Positions 1-8,821 of a DNA stretch of 64,000 bases are shown one piece after another (the stretch's first letter is position 1; each line of letters opens with the position of its first letter). Origin of the DNA: a candidate division WWE3 bacterium UBA1401 (lineage in GTDB: Bacteria > Patescibacteriota > WWE3 > UBA101185 > UBA10185); contig DBQF01000003.1 in assembly GCA_002305115.1 (NCBI GenBank), positions 129,338 to 193,337 of the forward strand. Direction: 5' to 3'. The position numbers were made by a program, and so were the translations under genes. Under the pieces are notes generated by a model. The model was not told where the DNA came from. It made no database searches and saw only the letters and a program-made list of their open reading frames with translations.

Positions 1-1509
1 ACTCAGCTGAAAGATGCCGAAGAACTAGGTGAATATTTACCAAAGAAATTAGTAAAAGATAAGAATTTTCCGGAATATAAATACGCAATAAAAGCAATAC
101 ATTTTCCGTCAAGCAATTCGGAAATGGAATCAGCAAAAGCGCGATTGGCTTTTGAAGAATTATTTTTGGAACTACTCAAAGTGGAATACAGGAAAAATCA
201 ATGGTCAAAAAAAACTCAGGCCCCGGCTATGCAGGAAAAACCAGAGGTTGAAAAATTCATAGAGACCTTGCCATTCACACTTACAAAGTCACAACAGGCG
301 GCATTACAAGAGATTCTGGCAGATTTACAAACAACTCAACCTATGAACAGGCTGCTGGAAGGGGACGTAGGTACCGGAAAAACTATTGTAGCTATTATTG
401 CTGCTTACTTGGCATATCTAAACGGTTATAAAACAATCTATATGGCGCCAACAGAAATTCTGGCCAACCAGCATTACAAAACGTTCAAAACATTTCTAGC
501 GAATACTTATACGGATATTAAACTAGTAACAGGTACTAAAAAAGCAGAAAACCTTGAAGAGACAGACATTATTGTTGGAACGCACGCACTGCTCTTCCAA
601 AAAGAACTAGCTGATGTTGGGCTCATTATCATTGATGAACAGCACAGGTTTGGAGTGGAACAAAGAACCCAGGTTTTACGAATGCATAAGTCACCACATT
701 TGTTGACAATGACGGCTACCCCAATTCCTAGAACTCTGGCTCTTACTCTATACGGAGATCTGGATATTTCGGTTTTAAAAGAAACACCAAACAAAACTAA
801 AAAAATTACTACTAAAGTTATCCCGGAAAAATTAAGACAACAAGCTTATTCCTGGATTAAAGCAAAAGGTGAACCCACTTTTATTGTATGCCCGTTAATT
901 GAGGAAAGCGAAAACGAAGGGTTCGAAAATATTAAAGCCGCTACTGCAGAATTCGAAACGTTAAGAAATGGGACGTTTAAAGACGTGCAAATAGGGTTGT
1001 TGCACGGCAAAATGAAGGCTAAAGAAAAGCAAGAAGTTATTGAACGGTTTAAAAATGGGAAACTTCAGATATTAGTGTCGACCCCGGTAATAGAAGTGGG
1101 TATTGATGTACCAGAAGCAAGTGTAATGGTTATTGAAAGCGCGGAAAGATATGGGTTGGCGTCTTTGCATCAGCTTAGGGGTAGAGTGGGTAGGGGAGAT
1201 AAAGAAGGCTTTTGTTTTGTGTTCATGTCTAGTAATTCAAGAGCAGGCTATGCAAGGCTTAAGCATTTGGAAACAATATCAGAAGGCCTGAAGCTGGCAG
1301 AAATTGATATGGCAACCAGAGGCCAAGGAGATATTTATGGAGTAATGCAACATGGCTTTAAGGAATTTAAATTGGCAGATATACAGAACCTGGAATTGTT
1401 GGAAGAGGTAAAACTATGGGCACATAAGATATTTCCAGATCTGGATAAGTATCCAAGGTTAAAAAGGCGAGTGGAAGAAGTTGGGGGCAATTACGCGAGT
1501 AACAATTAA
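1..1509 (+). CDS. recG: ATP-dependent DNA helicase RecG, C-terminal ~500 aa (5' end outside window)
   Basis: Frame of ORF 124..1509 is open from base 1. Walker A GDVGTGKT, DEQH box IIIDEQHRFG, TATPIPRTL, helicase-C QLRGRVGRG. Confidence 0.9.
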   Translation, partial: TQLKDAEELGEYLPKKLVKDKNFPEYKYAIKAIHFPSSNSEMESAKARLAFEELFLELLKVEYRKNQWSKKTQAPAMQEKPEVEKFIETLPFTLTKSQQAALQEILADLQTTQPMNRLLEGDVGTGKTIVAIIAAYLAYLNGYKTIYMAPTEILANQHYKTFKTFLANTYTDIKLVTGTKKAENLEETDIIVGTHALLFQKELADVGLIIIDEQHRFGVEQRTQVLRMHKSPHLLTMTATPIPRTLALTLYGDLDISVLKETPNKTKKITTKVIPEKLRQQAYSWIKAKGEPTFIVCPLIEESENEGFENIKAATAEFETLRNGTFKDVQIGLLHGKMKAKEKQEVIERFKNGKLQILVSTPVIEVGIDVPEASVMVIESAERYGLASLHQLRGRVGRGDKEGFCFVFMSSNSRAGYARLKHLETISEGLKLAEIDMATRGQGDIYGVMQHGFKEFKLADIQNLELLEEVKLWAHKIFPDLDKYPRLKRRVEEVGGNYASNN

Positions 1510-1621
1510 CCGTCAGACAGGGCCTCCGGGGCATTCCAACGGCGATACGTTACTCGAGGCTAAAGCCACGGACTAGAGCAAGGTAGCACCTTTGTGGCTG
1601 AGAATATCACCATGCACAGTT

Positions 1622-2176
1622 TCACAGCAGTTTTAAAAAACTCACCACCGAACTACCAAACCTCCGCTCATCTAGCACCTTAAGTTCCGTGTTCTTAACA
1701 ATACCCTGTACATCCACACCCTCTGCGTGCAAATACACAATAACACCACCTTCCGCTAACGCGTCTTCCAAATTCTCAAATAAAAAACTCTGTGCCGTGT
1801 CTTCATAAAATGGGTCTAAAAACACTATGTTGTACTTCGTGGGAGTCTCTGCAGCGAATTTCACAGCGTTTTGTTTGTGTACCACAGCTTTGTCGGCCAG
1901 GCCGGTATTGCGCAAGTTCTCAATAATAGTTTTTTCAGACTCATAGCTTTGGTCTACAAAATCACAATAAATAGCACCACGGCTTAAAGCTTCAATGCCA
2001 AGGTTACCACTACCGGAAAACAGGTCTAGGCAGGTGGCACCTTGCACTCTTTCATGGCCTAGAATGGAAAATATGGCAAGTTTGGCTTTCTCCTGCACGG
2101 CTCTGAAGCCGCTGACTTTAGGGACTTTGAGTTTTTTGTTTTTGGCTGTGCCACTGGTGACCCTAAGTTGTGTCAT
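1622..2176 (-). CDS. rsmD: RsmD-family 16S rRNA m2G methyltransferase
   Basis: 184 aa. SAM-binding LDLFSGSGNLGIEALSRGA and DPFY (DPPY-type) motif. Stop codon is TGA. Confidence 0.85.
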   Translation of the reverse strand: MTQLRVTSGTAKNKKLKVPKVSGFRAVQEKAKLAIFSILGHERVQGATCLDLFSGSGNLGIEALSRGAIYCDFVDQSYESEKTIIENLRNTGLADKAVVHKQNAVKFAAETPTKYNIVFLDPFYEDTAQSFLFENLEDALAEGGVIVYLHAEGVDVQGIVKNTELKVLDERRFGSSVVSFLKLL

Positions 2177-2202
2177 GGGGATATTGTACTATAAAGGAAT
2201 GG

Positions 2203-2219
2203 GAAAGGTCGGACCTTTC
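2203..2219. repeat. REP-like palindrome GAAAGGTC-G-GACCTTTC (GGTC-N-GACC family)
   Basis: Perfect 8-1-8 inverted repeat in the rsmD/rpmF divergent intergenic region. Confidence 0.8.
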
Positions 2220-2294
2220 TTGACATACACCTTCTGATCTCCTATAGTACCCAGGTTATTGATTGCTATACCAAATTAAGGATAAAATAAACAC

Positions 2295-2447
2295 ATGCCA
2301 GTACCAAAAAGAAAACTCTCTAAGAGTAGAACAAGACAAAAAAGAAACAAAAAAGTGGAAATGCGCACAACTATAGTTAAGGTAGTTAAAAAAGACGGTA
2401 GCAAGGCCTATAAAAGGCCACATATTGAAGAACATATTGAATTATAG
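2295..2447 (+). CDS. rpmF: 50S ribosomal protein L32
   Basis: 50-aa ORF below the ORF-track size cutoff: MPVPKRKLSKSRTRQKRNKKVEMRTTIVKVVKKDGSKAYKRPHIEEHIEL. The MxVPKRKxSKSR N-terminus is typical of L32. Stop TAG at 2445-2447. Confidence 0.85.
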   Translation: MPVPKRKLSKSRTRQKRNKKVEMRTTIVKVVKKDGSKAYKRPHIEEHIEL

Positions 2448-2448
2448 T

Positions 2449-2868
2449 ATGCCTACAACTGATTCTAGACATGAAGCAAGAAAACTAGCCTTAGGTACAT
2501 TGTATTGTTGGCTCTTTGCAGAAATCGATGAGGAGCAGTGCAAACTACTAACAAAGGAACTGATAACAGGAGAAGGGGTAGACCAAGTATTAGCAGAAGA
2601 CATCATAAGAGGAGTAAAAGAAAATATAGACTACATTGACAGTCTGGTAGAAAAGCACGCACCCGAGTGGCCTATTGACAAAATATCAAAAATTGATTTA
2701 GTAATACTGCGGATTGCAATATTTGAACTCTTGTTCAAAGAAAACATTCCGGAAAAGGTTGCCATTGACGAAGCAGTGGAACTTGCTAAAGAATTTGGCA
2801 ATGAAACATCTAGCAAATTTGTAAATGGGGTTTTAGGCACTATTGCCGAGGAGAAAAAAGATGAATGA
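2449..2868 (+). CDS. nusB: Transcription antitermination factor NusB
   Basis: ORF 2425..2868. The ATG at 2449 directly follows the rpmF stop. SRHEARKLALGTLY N-terminus and a C-terminal FVNGVLG-type motif. Confidence 0.85.
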   Translation: MPTTDSRHEARKLALGTLYCWLFAEIDEEQCKLLTKELITGEGVDQVLAEDIIRGVKENIDYIDSLVEKHAPEWPIDKISKIDLVILRIAIFELLFKENIPEKVAIDEAVELAKEFGNETSSKFVNGVLGTIAEEKKDE

Positions 2869-3094
2869 TTATTTGACAGAAGTAAAAGAAGTGATTGCAG
2901 AAAAGACCGGTGTAGAAATAGAGGAGATCAGTAATGATGCGTATTTCGAGGAAGATCTTAATATTTCTGAATTAGAGCTAATTGATATCGTTACCGAACT
3001 GGAAGAAAAATACCAAGTAGAACTTATTGACGATATGGAAGAAGTCACGTCGGTGCAAGAGTTAGCAGATTTACTAGTGGAAAAAATAGAGTAG
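2861..3094 (+). CDS. Acyl-carrier-protein-like small acidic protein
   Basis: ORF 2843..3094. GAGGAG RBS precedes the ATG at 2861. 77 aa, acidic, with DLNISELELIDIVTELEEKY resembling the ACP DLGxDSLDxVELVxxLEEEF helix II region. Sits upstream of rnc, as acpP does in many bacteria. Confidence 0.6.
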   Translation: MNDYLTEVKEVIAEKTGVEIEEISNDAYFEEDLNISELELIDIVTELEEKYQVELIDDMEEVTSVQELADLLVEKIE

Positions 3095-3096
3095 GC

Positions 3097-3792
3097 ATGA
3101 GTATAGATATTAACAAACTTGAACAAATCTTAGGTATTGACATAAAAGATATTACGCTCTTCACAACCGCATTTACACATAGATCTTTCTTGAACGAGCA
3201 TCCCGACTATGAAAACCCTTCAAATGAAAGGTTGGAATTTTTAGGGGACGCGGTATTGCAACTAATATCTTCCGAATATTTATATGAAAAGTACCCCAGT
3301 TCACCTGAAGGAGATCTAACAAACTATAGAGCCGCAATTGTGTGCACAACTTCTCTGGCAGAAGAAGCGCGAAGGCTTGGCTACGGAGAGCTTTTGCTGT
3401 TATCCAAAGGCGAAGAAGCAACCGGTGGCAGAGACAGAGAATATATTTTAGCCAATACCTTCGAAGCAGTATTAGGGGCAATGTATTTGGCAAAAGGGTT
3501 GACAGCGTGCAAGGAGTTCGTGGCGAGAGAGCTTTTGCATAAAGTGAACAGAATTGTGGCAGAACAAAGCTATAAAGATGCCAAATCACTTTTCCAGGAG
3601 CTAGCACAGGAAAAACTAGCGGTTACACCGGTTTATAAAGTTATTGATTCGTGGGGGCTTGACCATGAAAAAACCTTCAGGGTAGCTGTATATGTAGGGG
3701 AGAAGGAATACGGCACCGGCGAGGGCGGCAGTAAGCAAAAAGCAGAGCAAGATGCCGCAGAAAAAGCATTGGACAAGCTTAAATCTCTTTGA
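3097..3792 (+). CDS. rnc: Ribonuclease III
   Basis: ERLEFLGDAVL signature and a C-terminal dsRBD (GSKQKAEQDAAEKAL). Confidence 0.93.
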   Translation: MSIDINKLEQILGIDIKDITLFTTAFTHRSFLNEHPDYENPSNERLEFLGDAVLQLISSEYLYEKYPSSPEGDLTNYRAAIVCTTSLAEEARRLGYGELLLLSKGEEATGGRDREYILANTFEAVLGAMYLAKGLTACKEFVARELLHKVNRIVAEQSYKDAKSLFQELAQEKLAVTPVYKVIDSWGLDHEKTFRVAVYVGEKEYGTGEGGSKQKAEQDAAEKALDKLKSL

Positions 3793-3805
3793 TAGAATCC
3801 AGTCT

Positions 3806-4132
3806 ATGTCGATTACAATTAGATTAGCAAGATTTGGAAAGAAAAACGCCCCGGCCTACAAGGTTGTTGTGGCACAAACCCGTAGTAAGAGAAACGGTAA
3901 GTTTATTGATGTATTAGGTTACTACAATCCATCGGAAGATCCAAACAATTTTGAACTGGATAAAGAAAAATTTGAAGACTGGAAAGCTAAAGGCGCACTT
4001 ACTACTGACGCGGTAGAACAATTAGTTAATGGTACTTATACTTACACAAAGTATAAACCTAAGAAAAAAGGAGAGGCTGCCCCCGCTGCAGTAGAAACTG
4101 CTGCTGCTCCGGAGACACCTGCTGAAGCATAA
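3806..4132 (+). CDS. rpsP: 30S ribosomal protein S16
   Basis: ORF 3752..4132. Conserved start MSITIRLARFGKKNAPAYKVVV at 3806. Ala/Pro/Glu-rich C-terminal tail. Confidence 0.9.
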   Translation: MSITIRLARFGKKNAPAYKVVVAQTRSKRNGKFIDVLGYYNPSEDPNNFELDKEKFEDWKAKGALTTDAVEQLVNGTYTYTKYKPKKKGEAAPAAVETAAAPETPAEA

Positions 4133-4383
4133 TGCGTGACTTCGTAGAATACCTTTTAACCCAAATTGTAACTAAACCTGAAGAGGTTGAAGTAACAGAA
4201 GACTCTCAAGATGGAAATGTGGACATTAAAATTAAAGTAGCTCCGGAAGATATGGGGCTTGTCATCGGTAAAGAGGGTAAGAATATAAGAAGCCTCAGGG
4301 CTCTGGCAAAAGCAAAGGCTATTAGAGAAAATGTTAGAGTAAATATTCAGCTTCTTGAATCAAAAGAAGAACAAACTGAGTAA
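4132..4383 (+). CDS. KH-domain RNA-binding protein (YlqC/UPF0109 family)
   Basis: 83 aa with VIGKEGKNIRSLRALAKA (GxxG KH motif). Lies in the conserved rpsP-KH-trmD context. Its ATG overlaps the rpsP stop. Confidence 0.85.
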   Translation: MRDFVEYLLTQIVTKPEEVEVTEDSQDGNVDIKIKVAPEDMGLVIGKEGKNIRSLRALAKAKAIRENVRVNIQLLESKEEQTE

Positions 4384-5057
4384 TGCTGAAATTTGATGTA
4401 ATAACGCTTTTTCCACAGCTTTTTGAACCTTTTATGGCAACCTTGCCATTAAAAAGAGCCCTGGAAAAAGAATTGATTGCAGTTAACCTGCACAATTTAA
4501 GAGATTTTTCCAAAGATAGCTATAAAACTGTAGATGATAAGCCCTACGGGGGAGGAGTGGGCATGGTGCTAATGATTGAACCAATTTTTGATGCGCTTGA
4601 GAACATTAAGGCTAAGCAGGAAATTGTGCTACTGTCACCATCCGGCAGAAAGTTTACCCAAAGTATTGCCAGAGACTATGCTAACAAGGAACAAATCACA
4701 TTGATTTGCGGGAGGTATGAAGGTGTAGATGCCAGAGTACAAGAGCACCTGGTTACGGATGTACTTTCATTAGGAGATTTTGTGCTTTCGGGGGGTGAAA
4801 TACCGGCACTTGCCGTTATTGAAAGTGTAACCCGGCTGCTTCCGGGAGTTTTGGAAAAAGAAGAGGCTGCAGTTTTGGAGTCGTTCTCGGAAGGGCAGGA
4901 AACAACTATTGAGTATCCGCAGTATACTAGGCCAGAAGAGTTTAAGGGCATGAAAGTGCCCGAAGTGCTTCTTTCAGGGAATCATAAAGAAATTGAGAAG
5001 TGGCGCAAGGATAACAGTAGGTTAACGACTGACCTGCCTGCGCAGGCAGGCTGCTAA
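4383..5057 (+). CDS. trmD: tRNA (guanine37-N1)-methyltransferase TrmD
   Basis: FDVITLFPQLFEPF, GRYEGVDARV, and LSLGDFVLSGGEIPALAVIESVTRLLPGVL (SPOUT knot). The last ~12 codons run into a repeat element. Confidence 0.93.
   Translation: MLKFDVITLFPQLFEPFMATLPLKRALEKELIAVNLHNLRDFSKDSYKTVDDKPYGGGVGMVLMIEPIFDALENIKAKQEIVLLSPSGRKFTQSIARDYANKEQITLICGRYEGVDARVQEHLVTDVLSLGDFVLSGGEIPALAVIESVTRLLPGVLEKEEAAVLESFSEGQETTIEYPQYTRPEEFKGMKVPEVLLSGNHKEIEKWRKDNSRLTTDLPAQAGC
5033..5050. terminator. Perfect 18-nt GC-rich palindrome CCTGCCTGCGCAGGCAGG at the trmD 3' end
   Basis: Self-complementary. Lies between the convergent trmD (+) and a pilin gene (-). No clear T-run follows. Confidence 0.4.
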
Positions 5058-5072
5058 CTACTAACGACTAAC
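5051..5072. repeat. TRAC/GTYAG heptad repeat arm (CTGCTAACTACTAACGACTAAC)
   Basis: Inverted relative to 5085..5117. Related copies at 18788..18800, 34005..34028 and 46684..46712. Confidence 0.6.
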
Positions 5073-5084
5073 AAAAACATTCTT

Positions 5085-5117
5085 GTCAGCAGTTAGAAGT
5101 CAGTCGTTAGTTGTCAG
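5085..5117. repeat. Tandem heptads GTCAGCA-GTTAGAA-GTCAGTC-GTTAGTT-GTCAG
   Basis: Five consecutive GTYAGNN units read directly from the sequence. Overlaps the stop of pilin ORF 5107..5583. Confidence 0.6.
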
Positions 5118-5583
5118 AGAACGCTCCCGGGCTTTCGACACCATAACACAAAGCTAGATTCGGGTTTCCTGTGTGCAAACCCCAGTAATTCAAATTACTG
5201 CACTCATGCCCAACATTACTACTTTCAACCTGCATCTGCGTGTACAAAATATAAACATCCCGTTCTGCAGTTGTAGCATAAGTAAAATCGCTAGGATTAA
5301 TCTTTCCTGAATACAAAGAATTGTCTGAAACATCAAACACATTAATAAAACCACCATTTGTTAGATCAGCAACCCAAGTACTTGAGCTAGGATAAATGCG
5401 ATTAACACTAAAGTATTTTTCCAGCGCAGTCTGAATAGTGCGCAATTCCGAAACTCTTGCGGAATCTCGCATCTTCGCTCTTATATTAGGGTAATTTATT
5501 AAAGAAACAGCAACCGCTGCCAAAACACCAATGAGTGCTACTACAACTAAAATCTCAACTAGTGTAAACCCTCGAGTTTTCAT
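5107..5583 (-). CDS. Type IV pilin-like protein (prepilin-type N-terminus)
   Basis: MKTRG/FTLVEILVVVALIGVLAA class III signal with Glu at +5. Confidence 0.85.
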   Translation of the reverse strand: MKTRGFTLVEILVVVALIGVLAAVAVSLINYPNIRAKMRDSARVSELRTIQTALEKYFSVNRIYPSSSTWVADLTNGGFINVFDVSDNSLYSGKINPSDFTYATTAERDVYILYTQMQVESSNVGHECSNLNYWGLHTGNPNLALCYGVESPGAFSDN

Positions 5584-6371
5584 TCACTGCTTTCTTCACC
5601 TTCAACCACTTCGATTTCTTCTGATGGCTCAGACTCTTCCTTAGCAATTTCAGGCATGTCATCTGCCGTTACTTCGTAAAACCTCAAATCTTTCAACACA
5701 TTAATAAGATTAGTAAAGGATTTGTCTGTGATGTCTAAAGTGACTGCCTCATCAGTTACCGCGCTTGACTCTACAAATAAATAAGGAGAGGAGAGTAAGA
5801 AGTTTATGTTTAGTGCTGCAGAATCCTCATCAGCTGTGTATCTTACATCTTCAACCGTAATAAGCCTGGCGGCATTTTCTAAGCTTTCCAAGAAAGCTTT
5901 CAACTGGCTGTAAGTACCTGTACTACCCAAGGAGACCTCTACTGTTTCATACAAATTAGCACTTGGGGTTTCTGTAGAAGCTTTGGCCACCTTGGAACTG
6001 AAAGAATAGTTTAGCTTTGTAACAGATAAGCCATTTTCTACGGCAATTAAATTAATTTGGGCAAGCAGTTCGGGTACTTTTGCCTCGGAAGAAAGTACTT
6101 TATCAAATAAATCCGAATCCTCCGCAACAACATTCCTAAAATCCAACAGCTTTTCCAAATGAGCTTTTTTAGTAGTAAGCTGATTGTCCAATTTCTGTGC
6201 TTCGGCCAATTCCTGCTGTTTAGCCGGTAAATTTCGAAGAGCAGGCATTATCCAAAGAAGACCCACTAATGTCGTAATTACAAGGCAAATAAGCGGAACT
6301 AAAAAATTAATTAGTGTCTCTTTAAATGCTGTGGTACTTATGTTTACCTGGGCAGTGTCTTTTAGATTCAT
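5580..6371 (-). CDS. PilO-like type IV pilus assembly protein
   Basis: Single N-terminal TM segment followed by a coiled coil (QQELAEAQKLDNQL). Sits directly after pilM-pilN. Acidic C-terminal tail. Confidence 0.55.
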   Translation of the reverse strand: MNLKDTAQVNISTTAFKETLINFLVPLICLVITTLVGLLWIMPALRNLPAKQQELAEAQKLDNQLTTKKAHLEKLLDFRNVVAEDSDLFDKVLSSEAKVPELLAQINLIAVENGLSVTKLNYSFSSKVAKASTETPSANLYETVEVSLGSTGTYSQLKAFLESLENAARLITVEDVRYTADEDSAALNINFLLSSPYLFVESSAVTDEAVTLDITDKSFTNLINVLKDLRFYEVTADDMPEIAKEESEPSEEIEVVEGEESSE

Positions 6372-6949
6372 TTGCGTAGGTCTCCTTGTGTGTATTTAGA
6401 AGTTATGAAATATTTCACATTGTTATTTCTATTTTCCAACTGCACGCTATTTAAAGTCACATCTGTAAATAACCCTTCCATGCCTTCGGTTGCAACTTCC
6501 TTGGATGGTCTACCCAGATTCGCTAGGAAACTGGATATAGCAATATAGTTATCGCCAGAACCAGAGATGCTCACTTCACTGGTTTTTGACATAGAGAAAT
6601 CAAGAATCTGAACATATGGGGGAACACGTTTCTCAAGTTCGGCAAAGAGCTTAGAATAATAAGAACGAGAAGTCAGGATACTAGATACTGCTTTATATTT
6701 TTTATCTAGATTGCGCGCCACAATTTCAATATCTGCAAGCTCGTTAATATCAGCACGCAGACCTGCAATATTTGATTTGTGTTCAGTAAGTTGGGTTTCA
6801 AGCTGTACCTGTTGATAATATAAATACCCACCAGCACCTAACACACACAGTAACAAGAAAATTGTAAACACAGTACTTGCTCTAATAACACGTTTCTTTG
6901 CTTGTTCGCGTTTTTCTGATTGGGGTACAAGGTTAATACTTTGCGCCAT
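6368..6949 (-). CDS. pilN: PilN-like type IV pilus assembly protein
   Basis: N-terminal INLVP motif, one TM segment, and a 4-nt overlap with the flanking genes. Confidence 0.7.
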   Translation of the reverse strand: MAQSINLVPQSEKREQAKKRVIRASTVFTIFLLLCVLGAGGYLYYQQVQLETQLTEHKSNIAGLRADINELADIEIVARNLDKKYKAVSSILTSRSYYSKLFAELEKRVPPYVQILDFSMSKTSEVSISGSGDNYIAISSFLANLGRPSKEVATEGMEGLFTDVTLNSVQLENRNNNVKYFITSKYTQGDLRK

Positions 6950-6950
6950 G

Positions 6951-7982
6951 TTAAAGTTCCTTTAGGGCTAAACCAACCGGAATGGAAAATAGAGGCCCGA
7001 GGTGCAGAAATTTATCTTTTTGGGACTCAAGTCTAGAAGCGATATTCAGCTGCTTCCATGGATCAGCAAGTTCAACCTCGGCATCAAGGTGGTTGACCAT
7101 GTAAATAAATAATCCTGGCATTAGGGCAGTTCCTCCAGAAACAATTACCTTATCTATCTTAACATTAGGGTTTCTGGTTGTGAAGAATATCTTGGAACGC
7201 TTAATTTCTTCAATGATATTATCAAAAACAGGTGTAAGAGCCTGGGAAACCTTACCATCAGCTTGAGTTTCATCAAGGCCATAAGTTTTCTTGTACTCTT
7301 CGGCCTGATCATAATCTAAAGACAGGCTTTGGGAAACTGCGCGAGTTAAAACGTCACCGCCAACAGATAAACTACGCGTAAGCCGGACAAACCCGTGATA
7401 AGCCACAACTAATAGAGTGTTAGCGGTATTAATGTTCACAATAATAGTAGCATTTGGGCTTTGTGGATTATCTCCAAGACTACGGCTAATAGACAGTGTC
7501 TCCGGTTCAAGAGCTCTAGGCGTTAAATGCGCCTTTTTGAGTATTTCAATATAGCGGGAAATTATGCTTTTCTTGGCAGCCACTAAAAGTACATTCATCT
7601 TTTCTTTCTCGGTAATATCAATATCCATTTTCTGAAAGGATAGGGTTACATCATCTATGGGTAGGGGAATGTACTGTTCAGCCTCAAATCTAACTGAACT
7701 CTCCAGTTCCTTGTCACTCATAACGGGAACCTTAATAGTTCTAATGAAAACCTGGTCTTCGGGTAAACTTGCTACAACATTTCTGCGATCAAACTCTTTT
7801 TCCGTAAAGAAAGTGTCTAGCGCCGAAGCATAGTCCCCAATTTCATTAGGAGCCGCAGTCTCTAAATTTATGCGGGGAATGCTATAACTGCCAACTTTGG
7901 TGAGGGTCTTATCATCTTTACCTACATCAACCTCAACTGCCCTAAAATTTGTGCTCCCTAAACTTAGTCCCACTACATTCAT
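6951..7982 (-). CDS. pilM: Type IV pilus assembly ATPase-fold protein PilM
   Basis: Actin/FtsA-like features: VGLSLGSTNFRAVEV and VIVSGGTALMPGL. Sits upstream of pilN. Confidence 0.8.
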   Translation of the reverse strand: MNVVGLSLGSTNFRAVEVDVGKDDKTLTKVGSYSIPRINLETAAPNEIGDYASALDTFFTEKEFDRRNVVASLPEDQVFIRTIKVPVMSDKELESSVRFEAEQYIPLPIDDVTLSFQKMDIDITEKEKMNVLLVAAKKSIISRYIEILKKAHLTPRALEPETLSISRSLGDNPQSPNATIIVNINTANTLLVVAYHGFVRLTRSLSVGGDVLTRAVSQSLSLDYDQAEEYKKTYGLDETQADGKVSQALTPVFDNIIEEIKRSKIFFTTRNPNVKIDKVIVSGGTALMPGLFIYMVNHLDAEVELADPWKQLNIASRLESQKDKFLHLGPLFSIPVGLALKEL

Positions 7983-8005
7983 ACTAAAATTCTACAGTTT
8001 GCCCC

Positions 8006-8821
8006 CTAATTTGCCAAGTAATTTGTTAAAGGTTCAGTTTCGGATGTTTGATAGATTAAGTAATCGAACATAGCCGGAACCGCAGACTTAGTGCGCAAGA
8101 CCTTCACTAACTTTTGTACAGTGCCCGCTTTACCATAAGATTCAAGCAATATTCCCTGAGAAGGGATAGACTGGCCGGAGGCGGGCACAACATAAGCAGT
8201 TACATCGCCATATACAGATTTAAGCCTAAGCACCCCAGGATTGCTGCGGGCAGAGATAGTAAAACAGTTGTCAAAGCCGTGGGCCGCAACTGCTTCGTCA
8301 AACCCGTTAGTAGAATACATAGACCCGGCAGAATTGTAAGCATAAGCATCAGTAGCGTAACTACCAGGCTGACCATAAATAAACAGTGCAACTATAGATG
8401 GAATATTCACAGTGTTATCCCAACAAATATATACAGGAGCACTGCCAGAATACCCAGCTAAAGAGACCTCAGACGTGGTTGCTGTAGTAAGGTCAATCGG
8501 AAAGGGCTCCGCAGAAGATCCTAAAAAAGACAACACAATATCTGTGCGAGCAGTAATACCATCATCTCCGGTAATCTCCAGTATACAAGCACTGGCACAG
8601 TTATTGTTATTGATATAACCTTCCAGAACAGAAAAATCTTCAGCCAACAACCTCTCAATACCTGCTTCAGCTATGGCAATAGCCCTACTGGCAAAATCTA
8701 CTTCTTTGGAAGTACGTAGACTTTTTATAAGGTTGGTGGAAAGACCAATACCAAGTATTAAGGAAATAGTTAATAGCACCAAAACAGCCACAGCTGCCTG
8801 GCCAAAGCTTTTTTTTGGCAT
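8006..8821 (-). CDS. PilX-N-like pilus-associated protein (paralog of 12795..13622)
   Basis: N-terminal GQAAVAVLVLL TM segment plus an AIAEAGIERLL helix, as in PilX_N domains. The C-terminus (RLKSVYGD..PSQG..SYGKAG..PAMFDYLIY) is shared with 12795..13622. Confidence 0.6.
   Translation of the reverse strand: MPKKSFGQAAVAVLVLLTISLILGIGLSTNLIKSLRTSKEVDFASRAIAIAEAGIERLLAEDFSVLEGYINNNNCASACILEITGDDGITARTDIVLSFLGSSAEPFPIDLTTATTSEVSLAGYSGSAPVYICWDNTVNIPSIVALFIYGQPGSYATDAYAYNSAGSMYSTNGFDEAVAAHGFDNCFTISARSNPGVLRLKSVYGDVTAYVVPASGQSIPSQGILLESYGKAGTVQKLVKVLRTKSAVPAMFDYLIYQTSETEPLTNYLAN

Noticed and set aside
1622-1624. Alternative genetic code (UGA recoding, as in some CPR lineages)
   Set aside because: TGA terminates well-conserved ORFs at their expected lengths (rsmD at 1622-1624, the 333-aa ORF at 52944-52946). 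Standard-code translation gives full-length conserved proteins throughout.
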